Source: Eledone cirrhosa
Lineage: Eukaryota
Length of the DNA stretch: 64,000 nucleotides
Reading direction: 5' to 3'
NCBI GenBank assembly: GCA_964016885.1
Contig: OZ024741.1
Location: forward strand, 177,754,001 to 177,818,000
The notes under the pieces were generated by a model. It ran no database searches and was not told the origin of the DNA. It saw nothing but the letters and a program-made list of their open reading frames with translations. A program made the translations under genes and the position numbers. Below are positions 1 to 15,445 of this stretch, in pieces. How positions within the stretch are numbered: position 1 is the first letter of the stretch; every line of letters begins with the position of its first letter.

Positions 1-1273
1 CATCGGCGTCAGCATAGCTGGTGATGTTGCCAACCTTTTCATGGTATGGTGGGAAAGGAGACTTAAAGATCTCCTCCTTAATGAAAGCTCCATAGACCTC
101 ATCATGTACTCTCGTTATGTAGACGATATCAATATAGTTATAAGAACACCCCCACTAGAGAGCACTAACAAGTTTGATTTAGAACGTAGCACGATGGAAA
201 GCATCCAGCAGATAGCTAATTCCATACACCAGAGTATAACTGTAACTATAGACTTCCCTTCCAAACACCCTAACAATAGACTACATGTATTAGACACAGA
301 ACTCTGGATTAACACTATAGACGAGAGAGCCCAAATTCTCCACTCACACTATGCTAAACCCATGGCCTCCAAATACCTGATACTCAAAAACTCAGCAATG
401 TCCAGTAGTGCTAAGTTTAATATTCTGATCACAGATTTGGTACGAGTGATGAAGAATGTGTCCAGCATGTGCGACCCAACAGAAATGGAAGGACACATCC
501 AACACTTCATCAACCGCATGCAGTTCTCTGGCTACAACCAAAGAGACAGAGTCAGAGTATACGAAGGAGCCATGGAAAAGTATAAGACCCTCATAGAACT
601 GGACATGAAAGGAATTTGCCCACTATACAGGAGCAAATCATGGAATAGCTTAGATAGGGCTAGACATAAGATAGGGAAGGCCACATCATGGTACGACAAC
701 CAGAGATATCAGAGTGTCATGTTTGTGGACGCCACCCCTGGAGGGAAATTAGCTAACCAGTGTAGAAAGGCCCTGAGAAAGACCCACTTAAAAATAAAGG
801 TGGTAGAAAAGCCAGGAACCACCATAAAATCCCTGATCAGCAAAACCTACCCTTTTAAGAAAACCCACTGTACCAATAGGAAATGTATCATATGTAAGGT
901 GAACCCCCGGATAAACTGTAAAACTAGAAACGTAGTCTATAGCATAAGATGTACAGAGGGTACTTGCAGAAACACGACAACAACATACATAGGTGAGACA
1001 GATCGTAGCATAGGTGAAAGGATAGACCAACACTGGGGGGAACTAAAAGGACAAAAAAACGGGTCAGTACTATACGAACATGCTAGACAACAACATGACG
1101 GTAACATAGACAACATAGAAATTAGAATAATATCTAAACATAGGAATGACCCAGCAGATAGGCAAATCAGAGAGGCCAGTGAAATAGAAATTAGAAGACC
1201 AAAGCTAAACAGAAAGAATGAGTGGAACAACAACAACACCCAAACAAACAACACTGACCTAAGAGAAGTATAA
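1..1273 (+). CDS. Penelope-like retroelement ORF, C-terminal part (RT palm/thumb + GIY-YIG endonuclease); open at the window's 5' edge
   Basis: Uninterrupted frame with YSRYVDDI (RT motif C), LDTELW, YAKPMAS, RMQFSGY, a Cys cluster CTNRKCIIC, then VVYSIRC...YIGET.RS..ER...H (GIY-YIG) and RQIREA...LNRKNEW. Clade possibly Nematis-like (uncertain). Confidence 0.92.
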   Translation, partial: IGVSIAGDVANLFMVWWERRLKDLLLNESSIDLIMYSRYVDDINIVIRTPPLESTNKFDLERSTMESIQQIANSIHQSITVTIDFPSKHPNNRLHVLDTELWINTIDERAQILHSHYAKPMASKYLILKNSAMSSSAKFNILITDLVRVMKNVSSMCDPTEMEGHIQHFINRMQFSGYNQRDRVRVYEGAMEKYKTLIELDMKGICPLYRSKSWNSLDRARHKIGKATSWYDNQRYQSVMFVDATPGGKLANQCRKALRKTHLKIKVVEKPGTTIKSLISKTYPFKKTHCTNRKCIICKVNPRINCKTRNVVYSIRCTEGTCRNTTTTYIGETDRSIGERIDQHWGELKGQKNGSVLYEHARQQHDGNIDNIEIRIISKHRNDPADRQIREASEIEIRRPKLNRKNEWNNNNTQTNNTDLREV

Positions 1274-1811
1274 ATAAATAAGTAAATTAAATTAAATAAA
1301 TAAAATAAGATAAATAAATACATACACAAGCACATAAACACACACTAGTCACCCAGCATACACAACACTATACACACTAGTCACACATCACACATAACAC
1401 TATACACACACGCAAACGCATGCGCAAAGAAGACAAAATAAAATAAGATAAACAAACAAGCAAATAAATAAATAAATATATAGACAGACTGAACAAAAAA
1501 AAAAAAAAAAAATGGCGTAGACATACAACACAACAGGAGGAACAATGAATATAACACCACTGACGATGTTGCAGATGTGCAACGAAAGATTTATGTAAAT
1601 TATGTAAACTATATATATATGTGTTTGTCTATATTGTATCTGTATTATTTTTGACCGCCGGTCAGTCAATGGCAACATTGAGGACCGAGTAAGTTAGATC
1701 GCAGATATATATATATAAAAGACAGCGAGAAGCGAAAACCAACCAAACAGTGAGTGTGTTCTGTTATTAATTCTGGCAATATTACGCAAATATGACCCTC
1801 CCCAAATATAA
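1274..1811 (+). mobile_element. 3' UTR / pseudo-LTR of the PLE, ending in a (TA)n array
   Basis: Directly follows the PLE stop codon, contains a hammerhead core and runs into the TA satellite. Confidence 0.6.
1555..1596 (+). ncRNA. Hammerhead ribozyme core (type I) with weak stems I/III
   Basis: CTGACGA(1560) t gttgca-gatg-tgcaac GAAA(1584) gatt TA; stem II is 6 bp, stem I is poor. Confidence 0.5.
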
Positions 1812-4420
<2,609 letters not shown>

Positions 4421-5291
4421 TATGTGTGTGTGTATAGGTTTAAATGTGGTGGTATATCACTGGTTAGAATTGGTTATTCTGCAATATTAATCATTGCATA
4501 ATATGGAAAAGCACTCGACGTTATACAACTCATCTATCTTCGATGTTGAATCATGTTGGTGCTACGAGAACGGGGTAAATGTATTATATAGTGAGATGAC
4601 ATGAGAGCAAATATTTTGAATTTCCTTATTTTTTTATTTCTGCAAACACTATGCACTTTTCACTGGCTAGGTTGCGTAAGAACCCGGTGAACTCATCAGT
4701 TGTAAATTGCGTAATATTTGTATACCAATGGACTGATGGTAAGCTTTAATGTTACTTGCATGCTACTTCGTCAGTATCTGAGTCAAAAACATAAACACAC
4801 TTTTTCCTCTGATTTTTCTTTGCGTGTTTCCTTAACGTTTACCATTATTCCGTTGCAACACATCTATTACGCAATTTGTATATAGTCCGAATTGACTCGT
4901 TATAACTAATTAGCAGTAGGATAAAGGCAGTATTATAGAGGTGAATATGGACGCATATACCATATGTTTATGGGGTGAATTGCTATCATAGAAAATATTT
5001 GTTTCGTTATGAAAAAAATAGTTTTTCTCTCGTTTGTTCTGTGAATAGGTAACAGATATCTCAGTAGCCAACGTTGCAGGCATTTAAACGCTACTGTGAC
5101 CCTATATAGTTTTTGCATAATGTATATTGTGCAAACTATTTACAAAAACACATAAACTCACACACATCATATATTTATTTATACATTTTCTCATAACTAG
5201 GATATAAGTAAAATTGTCTCTTGGGTTAATCACTACCTTGATTAAACCTTAACCATTTAACATCTCAGGGTATGTCATGTATCATTATATT

Positions 5292-5335
5292 TTGTCTGAT
5301 GAGGACGTACTGTTGTACATCCGAAATATGTATAA
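5292..5335 (+). ncRNA. Minimal type I hammerhead ribozyme
   Basis: ttg t CTGATGA(5296) ggacgtac-tgtt-gtacatcc GAAA tat GTA taa; followed by an AATAAA-containing tail that ends in (TA)n. Confidence 0.6.
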
Positions 5336-5422
5336 TAAAATGTAATTGATCAAAAGAACATCTATTTTGTTAATACTTATATTTTAGTATTATATTTTAT
5401 TATTATATATATATATATATAT

Positions 5423-5834
5423 ATATATTGGTAAACGGAAAAGAAAATGCTGACAAATTGTTCCCAGTGAAAAATAGTTTAATTAGGAATAAGTAAAAAT
5501 TAGTAATAGTATTGGTTAGTATTCAGTTTTGGTTTTAAGTTTTTACCGGTTGCCCATTTCTAATGCTTTTCAAAAATAATTTTGAGATAGAGCGCCCGTG
5601 ATGTTTGCTCTAATCTGATTAGAGCAAACATCACGGGCGCTCTATCTCAAAATTATTTTTGAAAAGCATTAGAAATGGGCAACCGGTAAAAACTTAAAAC
5701 CAAAACTGAATACTAACCAATACTATTACTAATTTTTACTTATTCCTAATTAAACTATTTTTCACTGGGAAAAATTTGTCAGCATTCTCTTTTCCGTTCA
5801 CCAATATATCATAACTCGTGTGTTACACCTCTAT

Positions 5835-5840
<6 letters not shown>
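5423..5840. repeat. ~190-bp-arm palindrome (foldback) with a 30-bp tail, between two (TA)n tracts
   Basis: 5423-5615 is the reverse complement of 5617-5809; 1-nt centre, about 3 mismatches by eye. Confidence 0.95.
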
Positions 5841-5887
<47 letters not shown>

Positions 5888-6769
5888 CGTTTACGAAGCT
5901 AATCGAAGAGTCTCGGCACCAGACCGGTCGTCTCTTGCACAATCAAAGATATGATAAGGTTTGGAAATAGAAACCCATTTTCCAGACTGCACGGACACGT
6001 TAATCAAGAAGATAAATGACCTCATATGGGTACTGCTATTTGTATATCATATAAACGTGTACTAATAAGTAGTTTCTGTGCTCCTCTCTCTACCCAATGG
6101 TTCCAGTCGCAACAACTATTCACAAAACTTAGATAATAATCAGCAGATATTACAGAACTTGACTCTGGATACACTTCATCAGGGAGTGGCAGAATCAAAT
6201 AAATGGAAAGGTTTGTTTAAACGACTCTTAAAATATATCGGCTACCATCACAGACTTAGCAGGTTCAGACCTGTAGGCTCATGTGACCACTCACCAAAAA
6301 GAGATCGTTCGAAGAATGACCATCGTTAGGGACATGTTGGATGAGAAATTAAAAAAGCTAACCCTAAGCCAAAGATCTCAGCCAGGCTACTAACATAGGG
6401 AACAAAAACAGGGTTGTAGAAAAGGTATATAAATCGCACGAAATGAATAAACCCGTTCAGCTTACAATCAAATGCAAAACCGTGACCTGGGAAATTATAA
6501 ACATATTGGTATACGAGACTAGTCGGAGAGCATCGTTAAGTCTCCGACCGTCTCTTCATCACTCGATGATGTAATAAGGTTTTTACGTTAGAACTACAAA
6601 CCCATTACTCACAGTGCAGACATAAACAAGCACACACGCACACATATATACACACTCATATACACGCACACACGTACACACGTACATACACACACATACA
6701 CACACACACATATACACACATACACAACACCCCCCACACACACGTATACATACACACATACATACACAC

Positions 6770-6815
<46 letters not shown>

Positions 6816-6827
6816 TTTTAATATGAT

Positions 6828-6880
6828 GAGATTCTACAGGACTAGAACTGTTTCATTCTTTAGAAATCATCAGGAATCTC
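6828..6880 (-). ncRNA. Type I hammerhead ribozyme
   Basis: Minus strand: gagattc CTGATGA t ttc-taaa-gaa t GAAA cag-ttctagtc-ctG TA gaatctc; 7-bp stem I, GUA cleavage site. Confidence 0.85.
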
Positions 6881-6889
6881 ATTCAATCT

Positions 6890-6938
6890 GATTCCTGATG
6901 ATTTCTAAAGAATGAAACAGATCTAGTCCTGTAGAATC
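6890..6938 (+). ncRNA. Type I hammerhead ribozyme
   Basis: gattc CTGATGA tttctaaagaat GAAA cag-atctagtc-ctG TA gaatc. Confidence 0.82.
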
Positions 6939-7021
6939 TCATCTATATTAAAACTTTTATACTCTGCAATGTATTGAGTACCTTACTTACTGTGGTTACC
7001 TCCAACTCAACCCGGAATAAC

Positions 7022-7104
<83 letters not shown>

Positions 7105-7176
7105 TATTATGAAGAGAGAAGAAACATTTAGATATAATTAGTAATAAAATGTATCATACCTAAACTGCTCCTAAAT

Positions 7177-7266
7177 TCCTCGACTACGTAGTTTCGTGGC
7201 ATAAACAAAAACAATATATCATAAAGATATAGAGTCCTTGCGAGGTCTGCCGACTTATCAAGGGGA
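7177..7266 (-). ncRNA. Degenerate hammerhead within a TA-flanked element (7109-7420)
   Basis: Minus strand: tcccc TTGATAA gtcggc..long loop..gccac GAAA ctacgtaG TC gagga; palindromic stem III, mutated core. Confidence 0.5.
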
Positions 7267-8149
7267 TACCTCATTTTACTAGTCTCAAGAACGCGTCTAT
7301 ACGACGTGAGAAAGAATCCCAAAAGGCGGAGGGGGAGATAGTCACGCGATATAACGGTCGAGAAACAGAGCTAAGCCTCTTATAACCCCGAAGAAAATAC
7401 CACGGAGGCGGAGGGGGTATATATATATATACATATATATATGTGTGTAATTTGATTACCCTTGGATAGAACTGATAATTCTGGCTGGCAAACCATGATG
7501 TAACAAATCAATCAAACCACACGCTACGCAGGTCATCCATCGTAGATGTGGTATCCTGTGGTTGATGCAGGTACGGAGTAAAGTATCTATAAAACAACAG
7601 CACAAGGCCGGACTGGGAAAATTTGCTTTAACATTTTAAATCCGTGAAATCCCTATATATATTTCGATCGTACAACTCCATCATCCTAATATGATGCAAG
7701 ACAGACGATCCCATCTGGCAACCTCCACAGAATCAATATAACGGGGTTAGGTTGAACCCTAACATATAGTGGACGATAGGGAAAAGAGAATAGAAAATTG
7801 TCAATTGAAAATTCGATTCGGGGACTTCTTGTAAAAACAACTATGGTTATGGGTGAATGCAGTCCCCGAATGTTAGATATTAGATTCAAGGGCTGGTGGG
7901 AGGAGAAGGTGTGGTTAATTGGCGCCATTCTTACTTACTGCACATTATATCTTTATTACTAATAAATTTTAAATTGCTAATTTAGTCTTCCATAAAATTA
8001 TAATGTTTTCCCCATTGTATTTGAATTTGTTTACATTTTCGGTCTTCAGATAATGTCTTATCTACATGTTTTGGTAAATATTAAAGATATTTAATGAATT
8101 CTGACGAGATTAATATAGCAGGAATGAATATTGCTGTTAATCTAAACGA

Positions 8150-8310
8150 AAATGACAGAATTGAGAAGGTGTTACTCCGGAGGAGGATGAGGGAGCCGCA
8201 CTGAAAGAGCCATTCCAGCTTACGAGGCTCACACCTGCGGGTAGACAACTCTGTGCCGAGGGTAGCGAGTAAGGAGGTGGCCCTAGGGCCAAGGACACCA
8301 GAAGTCCCTA
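8150..8310 (-). mobile_element. CRE-like non-LTR retrotransposon 3' fragment (restriction-like endonuclease tail)
   Basis: Clearly similar at DNA level to 32590-32755 (ggctcacacctgcgg; ggacaccaga.gtccc). Confidence 0.65.
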
Positions 8311-8478
8311 ATATCTAAAGTTATAAGATTCCCAGTAACTAAACGTTCTATTAATCATTGATACATTTATTACTGAAATAATCTTCCATATCTTGTGTGT
8401 TGTTTTACTCAATATATTCTATGAATTTTAATTTAATTTTTTTTGAAACTTCAATTAATAAGTACTTCAATTAATAAT

Positions 8479-8535
<57 letters not shown>

Positions 8536-9270
8536 CGCAAACTGTGGTAAGAGTATTGTAATCACTTGTCAGATTATAGAGCACGGTGCACGTTTAGGCT
8601 ACGGCCAGACAAACGAATATGTAACAGATCCTGAACAAGAAATGCCTGTCCTTTGTAGGTTTTTTAAGAGGGGAAAGGCCTTGGACTCGACTAATTCTAC
8701 TCTCTGAGCATCGAAAACGCTTCCCGAAAGGGAGAACTGGTCAACATTATCGGATGCTTCCAAAGCCACAGTTTTTTTTTTTGCAGAGTTTCCCTCTTCT
8801 AGAAAGGTGTTTTGAAAACAATTCGGGGCCTTTCACTCCCAGGTTAAAAAAAAAAGTATTATTTAGATGGCGGTTGACTCCGCTGAGTTCCTCCGCCCTC
8901 TGCCGGGTCTTGTATTTCATCCCCCAGGCTGACCAAATATCACCTTCTTCACCAAGCAAGCTTGGTGAGGTTACGGGTTTAGTCGCCGATGTCTCAGTCA
9001 TAAGACAGATTGTACTGGGTTACATGTTACCAGTAGCGCTCGTGAGCGATCTGACACACATATATATATATTTTTTCGTTTATTTATATATATTTATGTA
9101 ATAAACAACATGATATAATTATTCCATTAACTCCATTTCATCTTCTTTTGAATGATGTAGGCTCTGCGGCTAGTTAGACGCTGTAGGGTGATCACAGCTG
9201 AATGCAATAATCCATGCATCAACTCGTCTGCAATTTGCCGCCATTTTCGGGATGTGTGCATATATATATA

Positions 9271-10200
9271 TAGAGAATGGCTTCTGCGGGACTAGAACTG
9301 GTTCATTCGGGAGAAATCATCAGGGTTCCTCGACTCCACCTCCTCCCATCCAACCCACACCAAACAATCCATAACCTATTCCCAATTCCTCTGTCGTCGT
9401 CGGCTCTGTAACCAGGACGACGATTTCGAAACCCATTCCCTTCGCATGGCTTCCTGCTTTATCCAGCGTGGATATCCCCCCATCCTGATCGAAGCTGCTT
9501 TCACCCGCGCCCGTCAAACAGACCGCACCACAGGCCTCTTACCTCAACCCCGTCCTCCCAACACGCGTTCCTTTCCCTCTCACCTACCACTCCGGTGACA
9601 TATCCTCCGTTCCTTCCGTATCCCCTCATCTGACCCCGTCACTTCTCGCTTTTTTCCAAACCCACTCATTACTGCTTTAAAGCGCGTCCGCAACCTCCGC
9701 GACCTCCTGTTTCGCATTTCCTTTTCGTCCTCTCCCACGACTCCACTCGACTTTCATCCTTGTTCCCGTTCCTGCTGTATCACTTGTCCTCTTATTTCCA
9801 CCCTCACCACTCTTACAGGCCCTAACGGAACGCCGCATGGCTGACCGTTTTGCCGAACATTTCAGGGACATACGACTCGGTGTGAATACTCCTGTCGCCC
9901 GTCATTTCTGTTCTACTGGTCATTTTCCCCTTCATGTTTCAGTCCTCAGTGTACTTTTACATAATGGATCACAGGCCTCGCGCACCAGGACTGAACAAAG
10001 TCTGATTCACCACCTTGGGTCCTATTCCCCTCTTGGACTCAACTCACCTCACCAATTTCTCTAATACCCCATCAATTATCACACCCCTGAGTTTCCTATC
10101 GCTTTCTCTTGATTATTAACAGCTTCTCTTTCAACTAATACATGCCGACTATATATGCTCACTCCACTTTTCCCTTCACTGTCCTTCACATGTACACACA
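9271..10200 (+). mobile_element. 5'-truncated, decayed Neptune-like PLE with an inverted pseudo-LTR piece at its 5' end
   Basis: From 9341: SSHPTHTKQSITYSQFLCRRRLC...FIQRGYP (RT thumb); 9837-10064: RFAEH...VARHF...EQSLIHHLGSYSPLGLN (GIY-YIG C-terminus); 9271-9325 is a reversed, mutated copy of the 6828 hammerhead. Confidence 0.85.
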
Positions 10201-10689
10201 CTTATATTAACATAATTTTGCTCATAGCTTCGTACTTACACGCACACACATCTTTTACTCACATATACACACACATTTCTTCATAGCATAGTACGGACGC
10301 ATAATAACACACACAAACACACACACACACACACACACGTGCTCAAGTATAGCTCTTTTTACAAAACGTTTTTTTTTCATTTCAGGTAGACGCGCTCCTT
10401 CACCCACTTTTCTAAAAAATATATATATATATATATACATATAAATTGTCAGGAATAAAATTATAACATGTAGCATAGACGCTTATACCAAGAACATTAC
10501 CAATATACAGTAAAATTCTCTGATGTAAATTACGTCTAGTTGATAAGCAACCAACAGAAAATAATGCAAATTGCTGGCTGCATAATTTATTGACACTCGT
10601 TTCGTTTATAATACTCTGATAAAGTTTTAAATTGAATCATTCCTAATATATTAATAAGAATGAATAAAATGAGAGAAATCACATAAAAC

Positions 10690-11300
10690 TTCAAAGTCAC
10701 CTCATGGGATTCAATTTTGTTATATGTTTCTCTTGATGTTGGTAGCATAAACATACGAAACCATATTGTAGACGCTGAGACAGAAGATTTCGCGTTCGCA
10801 ATAAGAATATTGATTTTTTTTCTGTAGGCAAAGGACTATGTACAAACTAATATTTTGTAATAGATGGATATTTGTGGTGGATTTTCAAATGAAGAGACAC
10901 CAGAAATGGATGTCTAAATCAGTTTACTTTACAACAACCCTGGTTTTGAATTGGACATCCCTGCATGGTAATGTTGGCAAATTTCATTTAGTATAACTGG
11001 GTTTACTACTATCTTGTGCACAGTACTATCTATTGAGTGTGTTTGTGTATGCATGTTGTTTGTGTGAGTTTTGAAGTGTGTCGTGCCCGCTTTATGACAC
11101 AGGAATTATAAATTTAACAGATATAGAACGACAATGCAATGACTAACCATGTAAAAGATTAAAGTAATCGATGATTATACTTGATTCAATTTGTTTTGGT
11201 AAAAACTTCTTACAACTAAATCAAATAATCGTCGTAAAATACGTAAGAGAGCAGGCCAAGTTACAGAGAAAATGTGGATCATTCTTCACAATGACGAAAT
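10690..11300 (+). pseudogene. Decayed intronless ionotropic glutamate receptor (NMDA/IR-like) relic
   Basis: Manual translation across frameshifts, in correct order: MGFNFV/LYVSLDVG (10704), MDICGGF (10864), QFTLQQPWF*IGHPCMV (10920), CMHVVCVSFE (M1 end), VLVKTSY (M3-like). Confidence 0.5.
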
Positions 11301-12889
11301 TGAGATAAGCTTTACGTTTTATTTAATGAACCATTGGATTAATTCTAGATTAAAATCTCCTTCACTGTCTCGATATTAATTTTCTGTCTAAACTCAACAC
11401 AATCAGACAGTGTCATATTGTCTAGTAATTACTTCCACTTGATAAAATTTCACGCTTGTGTAGTTCTTTAAGCAGATACTTAAGTAATATATTGTTCCCG
11501 TATTCCCCTGCAGGTCACACAAATAAATCATATCCACTTCTAACATGAATTTCTATAAATAGTTGAAGGAAAATGATTGCAGTTTGAAATAATATAGAGA
11601 ATAATTTAATTCTTGAAAATTGATTGTTTGGTCATTAGGATTATTGCTAATGAAGAAAACTAAGGCTTCTACAGCCTGTTATTCATGTCCAATCACGTTT
11701 TTCTTTCAATATTTATCTTACGTCAGTATTGTAATATGAATCTTCTAAAATGAAACTAGTTTATGAGCACATTATCAGTACACACATGCTTTAGTATCTC
11801 TAGTGTTATTATCATTTTTTTTTCATTAATTGGTTAAACATAATTCAAGAAGTAATTGATTATATTCGAAATGGTATAAGTTACTTTATATGCCAGTAGA
11901 AACCTATGGCCATTTAAATTCATCGGAGCTTCACTAAATACGAATTACTTTATTATATTTTTGCTCGTTACTATTTATTTCATAACTATTCTGTTGTAGC
12001 TTAGGTTTGCCACTTTTGTCACATAAAATCACATTATAACTGCGGGCTATATTTACTAAATCGAATAACAAGTGAACAAGTTTTCCAAAACAGTTTATTG
12101 TGATCCTTGAAAACATGATTTTAGCTGCAATACTGAATCAAAATACCCACTGCACCTGCAGTACAACAATCAATAATATTAAAAGTGATACAAATGTAAA
12201 TTCGAAACAGAATTAAAAAATGATTTATGAATTTTATAAAGCTAAATGAATGCGTAATAAAATAATTCCTTTTTCTAACTATTATATTATCCAAATATCT
12301 CAAATGCTTTTCCTACCATGCGTTAAATGTTTTGGATAGCTTTATATGTAGTTTGATTTTCTATAGCATCGCTATAATTGTATAATGACAGTGAAACGTA
12401 TCTCAGTACTGCCTTGTTTAACAGTCGGATTGATTCTGTTCAAGATAAGAAATTATTAGCATACTCGCAAAGGAGAGACAGTGTCCAGAGAGAAAGAGAG
12501 AGATAAATAGAGACAGTGGAATGGGAATTTCGGAGATCTCCAGACGTTCAATCTAATTACTATTCTTGCCACTCTTAAGTTGAGCAATATGTTCCCAGAA
12601 TAACGTTTAGATCACTAATGACACATAAGAATGATTATAATAGAAGAGAAGTCGCGATTCACTTTTGTAGTATCGCTTTATATATCAAATTTTCTCTAAG
12701 TAAAGCTCAAAACCAATATATAACAAGAACGTAGGAGCACATTTTTCCTATCAATATAAGCATCTATTTAATATTGTGGTTTAGCATTTCCATTTCAGTC
12801 AACCAGAAAATTGTTTCGAACTAAGATATATTAACAAATCTGATTTAAAGGTTAGTTTAGACGTTAATGTCTCACAACTTAAAATACAT

Positions 12890-13140
12890 GTGTTCACTCT
12901 TCAGAATATACGAAACAATCCAACTATTAATATTTCATCAATCATATGTCTTCTAGCATTGGGTATAACTATCTTTCTTCACACTTCTCTGATCTTATCT
13001 TCCGTTATGTCTTCAACACTCAAAACTAGCCGGTTTTTAACAGTCATCCCATGCTGGTGCAGAAAATGCAGAAACCAGATCTTTTGCAATACCTAACAGT
13101 CTGCATTAAAAGTTTAGCGACACACAAACATCAAAGCAAC
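12890..13140 (+). pseudogene. Possible iGluR relic (M1-M3 region)
   Basis: IICLLALGITIFL...LKTSRFLTV followed by LLQYLTVCIKSLATH; weak similarity by eye. Confidence 0.3.
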
Positions 13141-14404
13141 TTGGATTGTTTCGTAGACACTCACAATTTCAGTATGTTTTTCATGACACAACACCTATAT
13201 TATCGTGACTACCTACATACGGAATGTACATACCTGTGAATTCCATGGGTTCTGTTCCTTCCTCTAGGCATATGAAGTAACAAAAGACACCTAGCATTTA
13301 ACAATTTCAATTTGAATTCAATCAAAGAAAACTGAAAGGACGCTGTCACTCAAGGAGCTTATAGGAAGCTATCACATAAAGGCTTGCGGAATATCCACAT
13401 AGGTTTTATCTGGTCATATTCTCTCGTCCCCGTATCGATAAGATAAAAACATGTCCATTCTCACCTGGTGAATGTTATGCTCCGTTAACTGCATACCTCT
13501 CATCGATATCTCTTCCATTAATAAGTTGAATTTATCCACTAATCATAGTATTCTTCTCGACAAGTTCCCGTACTTTCTCAACTACATTTCCCCCAAACGA
13601 TTCTTTTCCAAATCGTCCACTGCCTCCTGATTACCAGTGCACTTTCAGATGTATCATATTTAAACTCATAATGAAGCCCACATGTTAGGGTGTCTTAAAC
13701 TCTGAATTTCCCTCTTACATTCTTAGAGGTTTCCTCCAAGCCAATCTGAGCTTGCCTATTTGTGGAGGCATCACCATAGCTAGTGCATACTTAAATATAG
13801 TACATTGTTCTTTTTAAACATGGTTACTTGAATACTTTACAACTTTGGTGTAATAATTCTTCAATATTCATTTCTTAATCCATATAATTATGAGGACATT
13901 TGCGGACATATCAGTCATAATGTCCGTATAGAGTAAAACGTCGACTTTGTTCAACCCTATAATGTCAAAATGAAATTCATAATAGATTGAACCTATCCAC
14001 CCGTGATGAAGCCACCAGAATGCCTTCTACGTCACTAAACTATATTAAATTCATAAAATTGTTTATGGCCTCTCTCACATGTGCCCTTCTTTGAAATGGA
14101 AAAAAATAAATTCATATTTTTTCCTAATAATTTAGCCTGAAAGAAGATAAAGAGAAAATGCCAGTACGTGGCAATATTTTAAGTATTAGTTGGGAAACAA
14201 ATAATTGATGCCAATATAATGTTAATAGGTTTGGAAAAGTAATAGATATCTATTATTATTATTTTAGTTAATGTTGGCGTTCCATATAAACCCGGTTGCA
14301 TAAATTCACATCATAACTATAATAAAAGGAAGAGCGCGGGCCTGCGTCTAGAATATATTTTATTTATCGCGTTTGTAAATGGATTACTTTGAATAAATAA
14401 ATAA

Positions 14405-14588
14405 TTGTTTCTACTTTAGGCACAAGGCCAGCAATTATCCAGTGCATTACTGGTACTTTATTTTATCGACCCCGTAAGGATGAAAGGCAAAGTCAACCTC
14501 GGCGGGATTTGAACTCAGATCATAAAGGGACGTAACTATGCTGGAAAGCATGGCGTCCGACCCTCTACCGATACTGCCAATCCACCAT
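14405..14588 (-). mobile_element. tRNA-derived SINE family A (Deu/Nin-domain-like)
   Basis: Sense strand has an A-box-like TGGCAGTATCGG, B-box GAGTTCAAATCC, then GCCTTTCATCC..GGGGTCGATAAAATAAAGTACCAG; 12 copies in the window. Confidence 0.85.
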
Positions 14589-15269
14589 TGAATAAATAAA
14601 TAATGAATGGATATTACATAATTTATGTACTAAATTTCGTAACTCTTGATTAAATATAAATAATTGTATTGCTTATTTTAAGATTCACTTCTTTAACATT
14701 TTCAAATGTCAACAATTCCGGTTAACGCCCGTTATAATATAACATTTATTACATCGCTTATATAAACATTCATATATTTCCATCCCTAATTTTTTCCTAA
14801 TGCAGTTTATATATAATATCGTCCATCTTTAATGTATCATGGATTACATTACTAATTGTAGAAGAGAGTGTAACGCAGTCTTCGTTCAGTTTCTCTGAAT
14901 ATTGTCAATTACTATTTCATTTGATGTATCATATCTATATGTATATATATTTGCGTATAATATCAATATGCACACTACACATGCTAGCAGAAAACCAACC
15001 GAAGGTGGTTTTTCTGCTAGGTTATATAACCGTGCCAACCAGAATTATTCAGTCGTATGTTTGTATAATTATTTTATGATTAATACAAGAATATTTCCAG
15101 GATTAAAACATTGTTATTTCATGTGAAATAACAATCATGAAATCATACGTCCATTGACTAAACAACGTTCCAAACAACAGAAGACAAGTGCATTTTCTAG
15201 AAATGAAATAACAAGTCGTTGATGATATTTGTACTACTAAAATAGCAAAATAATACTGAACACTAAATA

Positions 15270-15445
15270 ATTGTTTCTACTTTTGCCACAAGGTCAGCAA
15301 TTACCCAGTTCATTACTGGTACGTTATTTTATCGACCTGGTAAGGATGAAAGGCAAAGTTAACCTCCACGGGATTTGAACTCAGACCGTAAAGAGATGTA
15401 ACTATACTAGAAAGCATGGCGTCCGACCCTCTACCGATACTGACA
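15270..15445 (-). mobile_element. SINE family A copy
   Basis: Homologous to 14405-14588. Confidence 0.85.

Larger units (their letters stand above)
6811..7022. mobile_element. Head-to-head inverted PLE pseudo-LTR fragment in (TA)n, with a hammerhead on each arm
   Basis: Arms ~6814-6878 and ~6890-6955, plus a unique tail; the same family recurs at 9271 and 23868. Confidence 0.85.

Noticed and set aside
4640-4705. Minus-strand CTGATGA with a following hairpin
   Set aside because: GAAA overlaps the stem II arm and there is no consistent stem III or cleavage triplet; at most a relic.
8096-8160. CTGACGA + gattaa/ttaatc hairpin + GAAA
   Set aside because: 5-nt gap before GAAA, no UH site, and GAAA lies at the junction with the CRE fragment.
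14984-15020. Isolated ~17-bp hairpin (terminator- or Helitron-end-like)
   Set aside because: No associated element or second copy in the window.
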